From the IMG/VR virus record IMGVR_UViG_3300041405_000133, positions 62,001 through 126,000 of that record: DNA of 64,000 bases. The stretch is one strand, 5' to 3'. The translations under genes and the position numbers were made by a program. Positions 30,259-39,302 of this stretch are shown piece by piece. Source of the DNA: an uncultured virus (IMG/VR IMGVR_UViG_3300041405_000133). Lineage: Duplodnaviria > Heunggongvirae > Uroviricota > Caudoviricetes. The notes beneath the pieces were generated by a model. The model had not been told where the DNA came from. It did no database searches and saw only the letters and a program-made list of their open reading frames with translations. Numbering within the stretch: the stretch's first letter is position 1; the number at the start of each line of letters is the position of its first letter.

Positions 30259-30953
30259 AACTGATTACCCGTCGTGCATTCAAACTGTTGGAAGGTGAAG
30301 TACTGTTCTCGAAGTTTAGCCCGATGATATTCGAAGGGTTTGAAATCAAACTCGAGAACTGTGGCAATAACGACTGGGTTACCGATCCGATCCGCCCTGA
30401 CAACATCATGAACAATGGTTCTGATGAATGGGTCGATATGCTGGATCAGGCAATGCGGCTGAAGGATGATCCTAACGCCCCACACCTGCCAATGGATTTC
30501 GACTATTCTGGCCGCGACGGTCTTTACGAAGATGACGATTCTCTGATCGCTATCTACGACGAGGCCGACATTCTCAAACTGGCTGAACGTCTTGTACGTC
30601 TGCTGCCAAACCACGAATTGGTACTTAAAGCTCCTGAATCGGAAATCACGCGCATGCGTAAGATTCATAGCGACGCAGTCATCGATCCTGATGCTGCACC
30701 AAAGACGATGGAGCAGTACGTCGAGGGTGTCGAGAAGTTCCTGACGAAGGAGGTCGCTCCAGATCCAGCCCGTTGTGCCGATGACGTTTACAAACACGGC
30801 GTTAGCCTTGGTTTCCACGACATGACCAAAGACGAGGCGGAAGCTTGGTGTATCGAACAAACCAAGGTAACCGGTCGTAAGCACGACTGGCACTACGTTG
30901 GTGGTCGTGTTCACATCAAGGCTATGCCGGAAGTTAAGGAAGGGGAACAGTAA
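30255..30953 (+). CDS. Hypothetical protein
   Basis: 232 aa. ATGA overlap with the upstream stop. Confidence 0.75.
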   Translation: MKLITRRAFKLLEGEVLFSKFSPMIFEGFEIKLENCGNNDWVTDPIRPDNIMNNGSDEWVDMLDQAMRLKDDPNAPHLPMDFDYSGRDGLYEDDDSLIAIYDEADILKLAERLVRLLPNHELVLKAPESEITRMRKIHSDAVIDPDAAPKTMEQYVEGVEKFLTKEVAPDPARCADDVYKHGVSLGFHDMTKDEAEAWCIEQTKVTGRKHDWHYVGGRVHIKAMPEVKEGEQ

Positions 30954-31468
30954 TGGGTGCGGATTGGCATGGTGCTTCCGTAAAACTGAAGCCTCGGACG
31001 ATGCTTAGCGATGCTCCGAATATTTTCCTTACGGGGATGTTCGGGCGAGATGTATCTATCACCGACATCGAAATCGCCATGGTTCCTAAAGAGGTGGATC
31101 TAGGCCGAAACTATCGGCTGTTCTCTTGGTTAGCTGGCGTCTGCGGCGAAACACCACCTCTCCATGAGAATCTCGAAGAACGGGGTGAAAAGGTTCTGGA
31201 GTTACTCGACTGGTTGGGGATCGATAACGACTACAACAAGACTGGTGATTTCTGGATCGGCGATTCCAACTGGAACTACGTCAGCGTAAAGGAGTTGGTT
31301 GAGTTCAATTACGATGCCGTGCCTACGCCGGGCGGTGATACTTACCATGAGTTATTCATGGTGCGTGGTGTTCCTGAAGAGCAGCGTGATGAGTTCTTCA
31401 AGTTCATCCAATGGTGTTCTGAAACCGGGCAGGATTGGATTGTGTTCGGCTTCTACGACGCGTTCTAA
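30953..31468 (+). CDS. Hypothetical phage protein (RNYxLFxxLAGV type)
   Basis: 171 aa. TAATG coupling and followed by a terminator. Confidence 0.75.
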   Translation: MGADWHGASVKLKPRTMLSDAPNIFLTGMFGRDVSITDIEIAMVPKEVDLGRNYRLFSWLAGVCGETPPLHENLEERGEKVLELLDWLGIDNDYNKTGDFWIGDSNWNYVSVKELVEFNYDAVPTPGGDTYHELFMVRGVPEEQRDEFFKFIQWCSETGQDWIVFGFYDAF

Positions 31469-31470
31469 GA

Positions 31471-31509
31471 GTAGCCTCCCTTCGGGGAGGTTGCTTCATT
31501 CTTTTTTTT
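31471..31509 (+). terminator. Rho-independent terminator
   Basis: GTAGCCTCCC-TTCG-GGGAGGTTGC plus T8. Confidence 0.8.
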
Positions 31510-31854
31510 GTAAGAAATGACTTCGGTGGATATGTCTATGCACTACTCGACTTCATCTTGGGAAAGAGGAGGAAGGGTGGTGTTTACGAAGTAAACACCG
31601 GGTTGGTGGTGAATGGGATAGACTAGACTCCGTAGCGAAATGAGTGAAACGATATTGAGTAGGAGTATCTTTATAGCGAGGAACTCGCTAAGAGGAATTA
31701 AAAATTAACGAAATGTCCTAATGATATTTATAGGGCGTGTAAACAGGATAGGCCTATTGCCTATCCGAGTGAAAATCCTTTTATGCTCTTTACTTAAAAA
31801 AGCCCTAATGAAATGTAAGCAACTGCTCTTAATTGTTTTTCGAGGATTTCACCG

Positions 31855-32361
31855 ATGACTGAAGCTGAAGAGAAAGAAAAAGCCAAGAAGCTGGTAGAGG
31901 AAACTCAACCGGGCATGCACCTGCGATCTATGCCTGACGCTCGCGAGTCCGGTGAAGTCATGATCGAACTCCCAATTACCATGCCATTTGATGATGGCGT
32001 GAATGGGATTATCGAAAGTCTTGAAGCCAAGGGTTTTAAGGTTAGCTGGCGCCGCGAAGGCGACGCTTCTTTTGAAGACGCGTCTGAAGGTATCGACACA
32101 GGTCGTCCTGTGGCGGGTACTGCGTCTGGGGATAACAACATCATCAATGGCGTAAGCTTACCGAAGGTAGACGACCACTCCGTCTACAAGGTGGTAAAGC
32201 TGGTGCGTCCTGAAGATACCGTCAAGGATGGCGAGAGCGGATTGCTCTACCTGATGAATGGTAATGGTGATGTAAAGGAATACCTTCAGAATGAAGGATT
32301 CCTCGTGGTGGATGAAGAAGAGCAGTTGCACACTGCGATTCTGGAGAATGGTGAAGCTTGA
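31855..32361 (+). CDS. Acidic hypothetical protein
   Basis: 168 aa with GAGGA RBS. Confidence 0.7.
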   Translation: MTEAEEKEKAKKLVEETQPGMHLRSMPDARESGEVMIELPITMPFDDGVNGIIESLEAKGFKVSWRREGDASFEDASEGIDTGRPVAGTASGDNNIINGVSLPKVDDHSVYKVVKLVRPEDTVKDGESGLLYLMNGNGDVKEYLQNEGFLVVDEEEQLHTAILENGEA

Positions 32362-32403
32362 TCATGCGGCATAAAGACGGGGTGGGATTACCCACCCTAT
32401 CCT

Positions 32404-32436
32404 AAACCTCTATGATCATACATTACCGACGTGTAA
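32404..32436 (+). promoter_or_regulatory. Putative early promoter, antisense to the adjacent gene and pointing to phuZ
   Basis: AAA-N-TACATTAC at 32419-32426. Confidence 0.55.
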
Positions 32437-33276
32437 TCAGTATCGAGGTCTTGCACCGAGAGACAGCTTAAGGATTTTACGCTTAAGCTCTTGGTCCGCA
32501 AGCATCCCGACTTTCTTCCAATCCACGTTGAGGTAGTCCATGTACATTTGGTCAGCATCAGCGTAGCTGTCGATAATCTCCCGGATACGTCCGAGACTTG
32601 CGCCAGCTCGAATCTGACCTTCATCCAGATCAATGATCAGGTTGTTGTAGATGTACGCCTTGACTGCACGGAAGACGAGTTCCGCAAACTCTGAGTAGTA
32701 CATCGGGTCGAGGTTGTTAAAGTTCGCCTCGTGGGACACACGGCACCGTACCGCACCGTCACCGACCAATTGGTTGATGTCGTTGACTAGGATGGTGTTA
32801 ATTCCTACGAGTTGAACGTATGCTGTACCCATTACGGTACTGCCGCTAACGGCCCGCATGATGTCACGACCAACCATGAGCATATCGCCAGCACGACGAT
32901 CGAAACCTGAGTTAGTACTGCTACTCAGGCCTTGAGTCAAACCGTAGATAAGTTCATGGACAGTTGTGATGTTCCGACCACCCAATGCTTCACGGGGGAA
33001 TCGGTACACTACGTTGTAAGCATCGATGAAATCAACTTCCGCAAAACACAACGGAAGGAACATTTCAGTACCAGAGTTCAGGTTGACATCGATTGCGACA
33101 CGAGCCTCAATAACGAGTTCGCGGATACGCTGATCAATAGACAGCCCATTGACGTTATCGAAATAACGCTCTTGGCGTGTTGGGTCGTAACGCTTTGGCA
33201 TGAATGCTTGCTTCAAGATATCCGGTGGAATACCGTTCTTGACACGCATGATCGCCACTGTAACCGGATCTGACAT
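32437..33276 (-). CDS. Conserved chimallivirus core protein (putative virion)
   Basis: GGAGG RBS before ATG 33276. About 279 aa, divergent from phuZ. Confidence 0.7.
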   Translation of the reverse strand: MSDPVTVAIMRVKNGIPPDILKQAFMPKRYDPTRQERYFDNVNGLSIDQRIRELVIEARVAIDVNLNSGTEMFLPLCFAEVDFIDAYNVVYRFPREALGGRNITTVHELIYGLTQGLSSSTNSGFDRRAGDMLMVGRDIMRAVSGSTVMGTAYVQLVGINTILVNDINQLVGDGAVRCRVSHEANFNNLDPMYYSEFAELVFRAVKAYIYNNLIIDLDEGQIRAGASLGRIREIIDSYADADQMYMDYLNVDWKKVGMLADQELKRKILKLSLGARPRY

Positions 33277-33359
33277 AACGAATCCCTCCAATAGGACTCA
33301 AGTGATTTCGCTTGAAGCCTCTTACCATTGTTGCACCAACCATCCATTAGGAGCTGTAC

Positions 33360-34367
33360 ATGTCTGAAGTAATCAACACTGGCCTGATCAACGTTCGTCC
33401 TCGCACTATCCGTTTCTACGCCTGTGGTGGTACTGCAATCAACCAACTGCGAGCATACCGCGATAACCATCCTGGTGAACCGCGTCTGCATGGCGACGAG
33501 AAATACAGCTACATCGATACCAGCTTCGCCAACCTCGATGGCGCGCTGATGTCCGAAACCTTCACCCTGAAAGAAGCCGATGGTTCGGGTTCCGACCGGA
33601 AGAAGAACGCTGCGCGTATCGTGGGGGTACTTCCTGAAATCATGTTGGCTCACCAGCCTGCTGACTTCAACGTCGTTATCTTCTCCCTGTCTGGCGGCAC
33701 TGGCTCCGTGGCCGGCCCGATCATCCTGAAAGAACTGCTGGCCAAAGGTCACAAAGCTGTCGGCGTTACTTCCGCAGCATTCACCTCCGGCAAGAAATCC
33801 TCCAACGCCATCGATACCCTGACTGGCCTGGAGTTGGCTGTTGCGTCCGTCGGCCGTCCGGTTGTTCTGAGCTACACCCCGAACGATCCGAACAAAACCG
33901 ATTCCGACAACAACATCAAACCACTGTTCGTTCTGCAAACCCTGGCCAAACTGGCGAGCGGCAAGAACGGCCATCTGGATTCGTCCGACGTGGCGAACCT
34001 GTTCGACTTCCACACCGTAACCAACTACAAGCCATCGCTGGCTCTGCTGGATGTGTACGCTGGTGAAGAACAGTTGAAGTCTGACGTTACCAGCGCCATC
34101 GGCATTGCCGGTCTGCTGAAAGATCGCACCAGCGTCATGCCGGCTATCAATGCCGCTTATGACACTGTCGGCTACCTGCCTGAAGACAATCGTGAATTCG
34201 CCAACTCCTTCTACTTCGTCGTGTCCATCGAGAAGCTGAACGGCGTTGTCAAAGACATGAACGATCGTAAAGCTCAGGCTGAACTGAAAGAACGCGTCAC
34301 CAACACCGTTTCGACCCTTGCTACCGCTGGCGTTGTGGTAGATGAAGCAACCGGCCTGGTCTTGTAA
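33360..34367 (+). CDS. phuZ: Phage tubulin PhuZ (spindle)
   Basis: Tubulin/FtsZ signatures YACGGTAIN, IDTS, DGSGSDR, SLSGGTGS and D.SD. Acidic/hydrophobic tail. Confidence 0.93.
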   Translation: MSEVINTGLINVRPRTIRFYACGGTAINQLRAYRDNHPGEPRLHGDEKYSYIDTSFANLDGALMSETFTLKEADGSGSDRKKNAARIVGVLPEIMLAHQPADFNVVIFSLSGGTGSVAGPIILKELLAKGHKAVGVTSAAFTSGKKSSNAIDTLTGLELAVASVGRPVVLSYTPNDPNKTDSDNNIKPLFVLQTLAKLASGKNGHLDSSDVANLFDFHTVTNYKPSLALLDVYAGEEQLKSDVTSAIGIAGLLKDRTSVMPAINAAYDTVGYLPEDNREFANSFYFVVSIEKLNGVVKDMNDRKAQAELKERVTNTVSTLATAGVVVDEATGLVL

Positions 34368-34381
34368 GACCTGAGCCGTTA

Positions 34382-34417
34382 ATAAACTGCGGGGCACTTG
34401 GCCCCGCAGTTTATGCC
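34382..34417 (+). terminator. Hairpin-TTTATGCC element
   Basis: ATAAACTGCGGGGC-ACTTG-GCCCCGCAGTTTATGCC. Confidence 0.8.
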
Positions 34418-34441
34418 CTATTCGTAAAGAGGTTCACCATC

Positions 34442-34663
34442 ATGGCTGTAAATCTGAACATGCGTTTTGTCTGTGACCATTGCGGTAACGTAGACGACCT
34501 GCATTACACTCATCAATCTGGCGGTAATGGTTTCGAATGCCATCGTTGCAAGTTTGGTACATGGCACGGCTATTTCAGCGAAGATAAATACGATGAAGTC
34601 CACCACGTCTGCACCAACCGCGTCAATCCATATTTCAATGAAGACGGCTCCCCTAAATTCTGA
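34442..34663 (+). CDS. Small Zn-ribbon protein
   Basis: CDHC...CHRC...WHGYF. GAGG RBS. Confidence 0.7.
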   Translation: MAVNLNMRFVCDHCGNVDDLHYTHQSGGNGFECHRCKFGTWHGYFSEDKYDEVHHVCTNRVNPYFNEDGSPKF

Positions 34664-34834
34664 TAGGGGTCACGAACGCTAGGAGATCCGTAAAACGATC
34701 TCCTAGTGGCGTTCTTTCTTTTTTGTTATCACGGTATTCATTTGTATTCGAAACGGCTTCTATGCAGCTCGTAGAGCCTTGTAGATGTATTTATCTACAA
34801 AACGACCTAATCATGTAGGCTATAGGGGACACGT

Positions 34835-35227
34835 ATGTTTGAGAATCTACGACTGCCGGACAAAATCTTAGATGAGCGAAACTTCACTGTCGTTGATATC
34901 AGTGAACAAGTGGAGTTGCTCAAGCGTCATGGTAATTTCCATCCAGATGTGATGGAAGCATGGATGGCCCGTGGATACGCCAAGAATCATGGTGTCGCCA
35001 CTGTAAGCGCCAGCCTGTTCGAAAGACCTGGACAACAAACCGCGTTCGAAAGAATGCAATTGAGCGTAACGGCGACAGAGATCGGCCTGCGTCCAGTTGA
35101 CTTCCTTCCAGAGCCGGAAGACGATTGGCTAGATGAGTGCGGTGTTTGGTTTTACGTTCGTGGATCGTACTTAGCAATGGGGAATAGCCGTGCTATTGAA
35201 AAATGTTGGCGACGACTGCGTAATTGA
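34835..35227 (+). CDS. Small acidic protein, array member 1
   Basis: AGGGG RBS. FTVVDISE N-terminal strand. Confidence 0.7.
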   Translation: MFENLRLPDKILDERNFTVVDISEQVELLKRHGNFHPDVMEAWMARGYAKNHGVATVSASLFERPGQQTAFERMQLSVTATEIGLRPVDFLPEPEDDWLDECGVWFYVRGSYLAMGNSRAIEKCWRRLRN

Positions 35228-35642
35228 TTTCTCAGAGATCAGCGACAATTTCTTCGGCGAGGCTACAAGGTTCACAAAGGAGCCGACGTCTCGAGATAGA
35301 CGGAATGTCGAACGTGTAGTGGGTGAGATGTTCGATGACTACATGACGAAGAGCATGACTTGGACCAAGGCGTTCCACGACTTCAATGAAAGTTACTTCA
35401 TCAACCGGCTGCCTAAGTGCTGCCGCGATCATCCAAATATCCGCACGGTCATCATCGATGTTTACGATGAGATCTCTGAAGTGTTGGCTGAGGTGATGGC
35501 GTTACCTACATGGTACGACGTATCAATGCGCGTATCAGGAACTGCTATCCATCTGTCAGTGGGAGAAGACCAACGTATAGTCCAGTGGACAAAAGAGCAC
35601 GCCCATGAGTATTCGACTAACTACAACGGCAAGGGATGGTGA
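35190..35642 (+). CDS. Array member 2
   Basis: CVIDFSE. Ends NGKGW. Confidence 0.7.
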   Translation: MLLKNVGDDCVIDFSEISDNFFGEATRFTKEPTSRDRRNVERVVGEMFDDYMTKSMTWTKAFHDFNESYFINRLPKCCRDHPNIRTVIIDVYDEISEVLAEVMALPTWYDVSMRVSGTAIHLSVGEDQRIVQWTKEHAHEYSTNYNGKGW

Positions 35643-36096
35643 TGTAATCGTCCATGCTGTGGACGAATGGTACTCACGGTTCAAAGATACCCTTGACCTT
35701 GATAATACAGAGCTGCGGGGGATGGATACAAAAGTTAGGACGTTGATCGTGAATGTCGTCGACACAATCATCAACCCTACCGAGTCCTCCATTTATCAGC
35801 TAGCGGTCAGAGCAACCAATTCTCGAAAGGCGTACACCACGCTTCTAGAACAGTTGGTTGAGTTTGACCACGAAATGCGTGAGTTGGTTAAGATGTGTCA
35901 CGATCGTAAATGCGACGTGACGGGTGTAACCATCCCACATGACAAACTTATACTTGTCTTCCATATGGAAGATACTCGGAGGCCAGATGAAACTGGATTT
36001 GAAACTTATATCGAATCTTGTCGAAGAAGCGGTGAATACGTCCACCCAGAACTCGACAAGCAACTCAGGCTCTGGAGAAGTATCCGCGGCGCCTAA
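35605..36096 (+). CDS. Array member 3
   Basis: VIVHAVDE. Part of the overlapping operon. Confidence 0.7.
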   Translation: MSIRLTTTARDGDVIVHAVDEWYSRFKDTLDLDNTELRGMDTKVRTLIVNVVDTIINPTESSIYQLAVRATNSRKAYTTLLEQLVEFDHEMRELVKMCHDRKCDVTGVTIPHDKLILVFHMEDTRRPDETGFETYIESCRRSGEYVHPELDKQLRLWRSIRGA

Positions 36097-36526
36097 CTAT
36101 TCGTATAAGTACGTGATCGTTGACGTCGGTGACTTCAACATGACTGACATATCCGAAAGTACGCTGATCGATCCGGGTGCTCTGCTGAAAGCTGTATTGA
36201 AGTACGAGTTCTGGGACGATGACTTCGACTTCAAGCATCTGTCTCAGGACATCCCAGATCCGTCTGAAGGCAACGTATCGCTGGCACTCGACACTTGGTA
36301 CGCCGAGAACGTAGAACGCCTGCATGACACGTTTGAGTTCCTGCGTGATGTTCGCCCGGCTGTCGTTAGCGACTGCTTGATTGTACACGGCCAATGCCTG
36401 ATCGAAATCTGTAAGGCATTGTCTCCTGAGGCCCAACTCGAATTGGACGACCCAGATCTCCACCTCGAGCCAGCCACTGATCTGGACGAAGAAGATCTTG
36501 ACGTTCCGGAAGATGGTGATGAATGA
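36032..36526 (+). CDS. Array member 4 (start uncertain; frame open from 35939)
   Basis: YVIVDVGD. Acidic tail. Confidence 0.65.
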   Translation: MNTSTQNSTSNSGSGEVSAAPNYSYKYVIVDVGDFNMTDISESTLIDPGALLKAVLKYEFWDDDFDFKHLSQDIPDPSEGNVSLALDTWYAENVERLHDTFEFLRDVRPAVVSDCLIVHGQCLIEICKALSPEAQLELDDPDLHLEPATDLDEEDLDVPEDGDE

Positions 36527-36930
36527 AGCTAGGCAAGGGGACAAGACGTACCCTTATCGTGGATATCGACAATGAGTTCCACGAAGCGCTGATACGTCTT
36601 GGTGACCATGTCCCCAACTATGAGCGCAACCAGTTCATCCAGTACACCGCAAGCATTCTGTTAATGTCGTTGTTGATGTGCGATAGAGATGGTGCCGTTG
36701 ATGCATTTGAACGCATCACCTCTCTCGCCCACATCTCTGACATGAAGAAGCATGCGACTATCTGGGGTGAGTTCTTAGCCCTGGCCAACTACTTCCACAA
36801 CCACTACTATCACCATGACGAATTGATCAGAGATCTTGAAGACATGATGCCGAAGCATCCCAAGGAATTCCCTGAGTTGATCTTCGAAGTAGAGGTTGCG
36901 GACAAAGGTGGCTATCTGAAGGTGAGTTAA
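36523..36930 (+). CDS. Array member 5
   Basis: TLIVDIDN. ATGA overlap. Confidence 0.7.
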   Translation: MKLGKGTRRTLIVDIDNEFHEALIRLGDHVPNYERNQFIQYTASILLMSLLMCDRDGAVDAFERITSLAHISDMKKHATIWGEFLALANYFHNHYYHHDELIRDLEDMMPKHPKEFPELIFEVEVADKGGYLKVS

Positions 36931-37368
36931 ATGACTACCGAAAATGATTCAATCAGGATTATTGCTGAGATTGATTCACACGGCAGCCATTACTTATTCA
37001 AGATCGCTGATGACTTGCAGAAGATGCCAGACTTTGAGGGCGAATGCTCTGATTATCTGGCATCGCTGGTTCTCAGCTCGATCATTGATTATTGGTGCTT
37101 AGCGGATATGGACGAACTGTCCTACATCCTAGGCGCTTGCGATGAGTACGACGATCAGGAAATAGGTCGCCGAACTAAGCGCAATATAATGGATCTGTCG
37201 AAAGCCGATCTGGATGACTTCCCAGATTTCTACAACACCAAGTTAACTCTCATCGACATTGCACAGGAACAAGAAAGGAAGGGTTGGAAGAAGTATCGGT
37301 TCACTGAACCAGAAGTTAACCCCAACCGGAAGTTCTTTGTAGTCTGGATGGAAAAGATCTTAGATTAG
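36931..37368 (+). CDS. Array member 6
   Basis: IRIIAEID. Abuts the previous stop. Confidence 0.7.
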   Translation: MTTENDSIRIIAEIDSHGSHYLFKIADDLQKMPDFEGECSDYLASLVLSSIIDYWCLADMDELSYILGACDEYDDQEIGRRTKRNIMDLSKADLDDFPDFYNTKLTLIDIAQEQERKGWKKYRFTEPEVNPNRKFFVVWMEKILD

Positions 37369-37377
37369 GGAGGTCAG

Positions 37378-37695
37378 ATGTTGGAAGCGGAACAGTTTGT
37401 TATTGAGATTACACATACCCACGGCGTATCTGACTCCGCCGTGGGTTTTATGCTGTCTAATTGGGTATTGGACTCAGCTTCTCGTAAAGAATGGTTGAGT
37501 GCTGACACGCTCATTACCCTTACCCATGACTACAATCTCAGTATTAAAACCATTGAGAAGATGTCAGGTGACGTACTCGACGCACTGGAGGAGTGCGGGT
37601 TATATGCGCAACTGATGACCGACGATCGCAGACTCAGCTCAGTATCATGCAGGGTTAAGCGCGATGTGGCGTTAATTGATCTGGAGTGGACATGA
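37378..37695 (+). CDS. Array member 7
   Basis: GGAGG RBS. FVIEIT. Confidence 0.7.
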   Translation: MLEAEQFVIEITHTHGVSDSAVGFMLSNWVLDSASRKEWLSADTLITLTHDYNLSIKTIEKMSGDVLDALEECGLYAQLMTDDRRLSSVSCRVKRDVALIDLEWT

Positions 37696-38063
37696 AAGCA
37701 AATACGTTACCAGCAATCGCTACAAAGAGCTTGATTGCCGTTCATAACGACTCCCTCAACAGTTTCATTAACACCGAGGATCTGTCGGAACACATCAAGG
37801 TTCTGTCTGGAATCGCGTTTGATTTCGTGCAGGCTATGCCAATCTGTCAATATGTTTATAACTGGCCGCCTGCTGAGATCATTCTTGATCGCTGCACCGG
37901 GAAGTCAAAGCTTTCCACGCTGTACAACGCTTTGTTCGATGAACTGTCTGAGAACGGATACCCTGTATCTGTCCTTATGACCATGCAGGTTGTCCAACAT
38001 GTCCCAAAACGATATACCGTGCTTTCCGTCCCACTTGCGGCGAGACTCGGGAGGCTCCACTGA
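37692..38063 (+). CDS. Array member 8
   Basis: GGAG RBS and ATGA overlap. SLIAVHND. Confidence 0.65.
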   Translation: MKANTLPAIATKSLIAVHNDSLNSFINTEDLSEHIKVLSGIAFDFVQAMPICQYVYNWPPAEIILDRCTGKSKLSTLYNALFDELSENGYPVSVLMTMQVVQHVPKRYTVLSVPLAARLGRLH

Positions 38064-38430
38064 TAAGGAGTTCATCGTTGTAGATATATCCGATACGGTA
38101 CGGGCATTCTGCAATGAAGTTGACCGAGAAGTGGAAAGTCTTTCGTACGACATCGATGCCATCATCAGGCAGTATTCAGCTTATCGCCATGTAGGACGGT
38201 ATGATGAGATCGTCACGGGTCTGTCAAACAAGTTCCTAGAACACGGTTGTGTAAAAGTTGACGACGACGGACCAATAATAGCAAGAGCTGCCCTTGGTAC
38301 GCTTTACCGTGGAATCACCGAACATATCCGTGACTTAGGGTACATGATCGGAGCAGTCCACGATGTGAAGCTGAAGTTAAATAGTATCAACCGGCAGATA
38401 AGATGTAATGCAATCATGATGGTTATCTAA
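37999..38430 (+). CDS. Array member 9
   Basis: FIVVDISD, near-identical to the member 1 motif. Confidence 0.7.
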   Translation: MSQNDIPCFPSHLRRDSGGSTDKEFIVVDISDTVRAFCNEVDREVESLSYDIDAIIRQYSAYRHVGRYDEIVTGLSNKFLEHGCVKVDDDGPIIARAALGTLYRGITEHIRDLGYMIGAVHDVKLKLNSINRQIRCNAIMMVI

Positions 38431-38448
38431 CCAGTACGGAGCTGCTTC

Positions 38449-38814
38449 ATGAAAAACCACTGTATCGTAGGCTACAGTCCGGGATTCTACGATTACCTGC
38501 AATCAGTGGGGTATCGTGAAGTCCCGGAACAGGTGTCCGCTGATGAACCAGACTCCCCACTGGCTTCAATTGACACGCAGTTCGTAAACTGGGAACGCAT
38601 TGAGTTTCTGGATTACCTGACCAATTGCATGATCGGTATCGAATCTATTGATCCGGATTATCTGGCTACTGTCGAAAGTCTCTATGAGGCTATTGATGAC
38701 GATGATTTGAGACAACTGGTCGAAGAAGGTTCGATCGAAGATTTGATATTTAATGACCGAGGCTATTACTTGGCTCGGCTGGAGAGTGTAAATGCCCCTC
38801 AACGAATCTTTTAA
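38449..38814 (+). CDS. Array member 10
   Basis: GGAG RBS. HCIVGYS, acidic. Confidence 0.7.
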   Translation: MKNHCIVGYSPGFYDYLQSVGYREVPEQVSADEPDSPLASIDTQFVNWERIEFLDYLTNCMIGIESIDPDYLATVESLYEAIDDDDLRQLVEEGSIEDLIFNDRGYYLARLESVNAPQRIF

Positions 38815-39187
38815 AGGGAAGACGCTCAGTTTCGAGCTGAGCTCTGGTATCCGGTACACGAACTACAAGCTGCTGGCCCTGCTCGATGTGGGGACCGTTG
38901 TAGCAGTGGGGTTCCAAGCGGCTGGTGAACACCATCAGAACTACCCGTACATGCCATCCGATTCTCCAGACGACTTCACGGCGTATGCGTATGCCAAGTT
39001 CGTCGATCCGGAGAATAAGATCCTGTATGTTGGCGTACCGTGGATCAAGGAAGGTTCCATCACCGTCCTCGACAACGTCAACTACAACTGCCTTCTCCTG
39101 AACCCAACCTCCGCCGAGCTGGAAACATTCCGCTCGATCCTGGTGGCCTCTGGGTTCGAAGGACGATTCAAGCTCACCGTAGCCTGA
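38792..39187 (+). CDS. Conserved small beta-rich protein upstream of DNA polymerase (phiKZ gp49-like)
   Basis: 131 aa. HHQNYPYMP...VGVPWIKEGSI. Syntenic position. Confidence 0.65.
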   Translation: MPLNESFKGKTLSFELSSGIRYTNYKLLALLDVGTVVAVGFQAAGEHHQNYPYMPSDSPDDFTAYAYAKFVDPENKILYVGVPWIKEGSITVLDNVNYNCLLLNPTSAELETFRSILVASGFEGRFKLTVA

Positions 39188-39192
39188 TCACG

Positions 39193-39242
39193 CACTCCTG
39201 CCAGCCGTAAAAGGTTGGCAGGAGTGTAGCGTCTTTTTTTTT
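39193..39242 (+). terminator. Rho-independent terminator
   Basis: CACTCCTGCCAGCC/GGTTGGCAGGAGTG stem plus T tract. Confidence 0.8.
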
Positions 39243-39302
39243 GTTTTGTTGAAAGATACAAACCGTACTAACAATACGTAGAGTACCTCAGAGGTTTGAT
39301 TG

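Noticed and set aside
31435..31626. 63-aa ORF in the large intergenic gap
   Set aside because: Runs through a terminator and T-tract, has no RBS, and has atypical composition.
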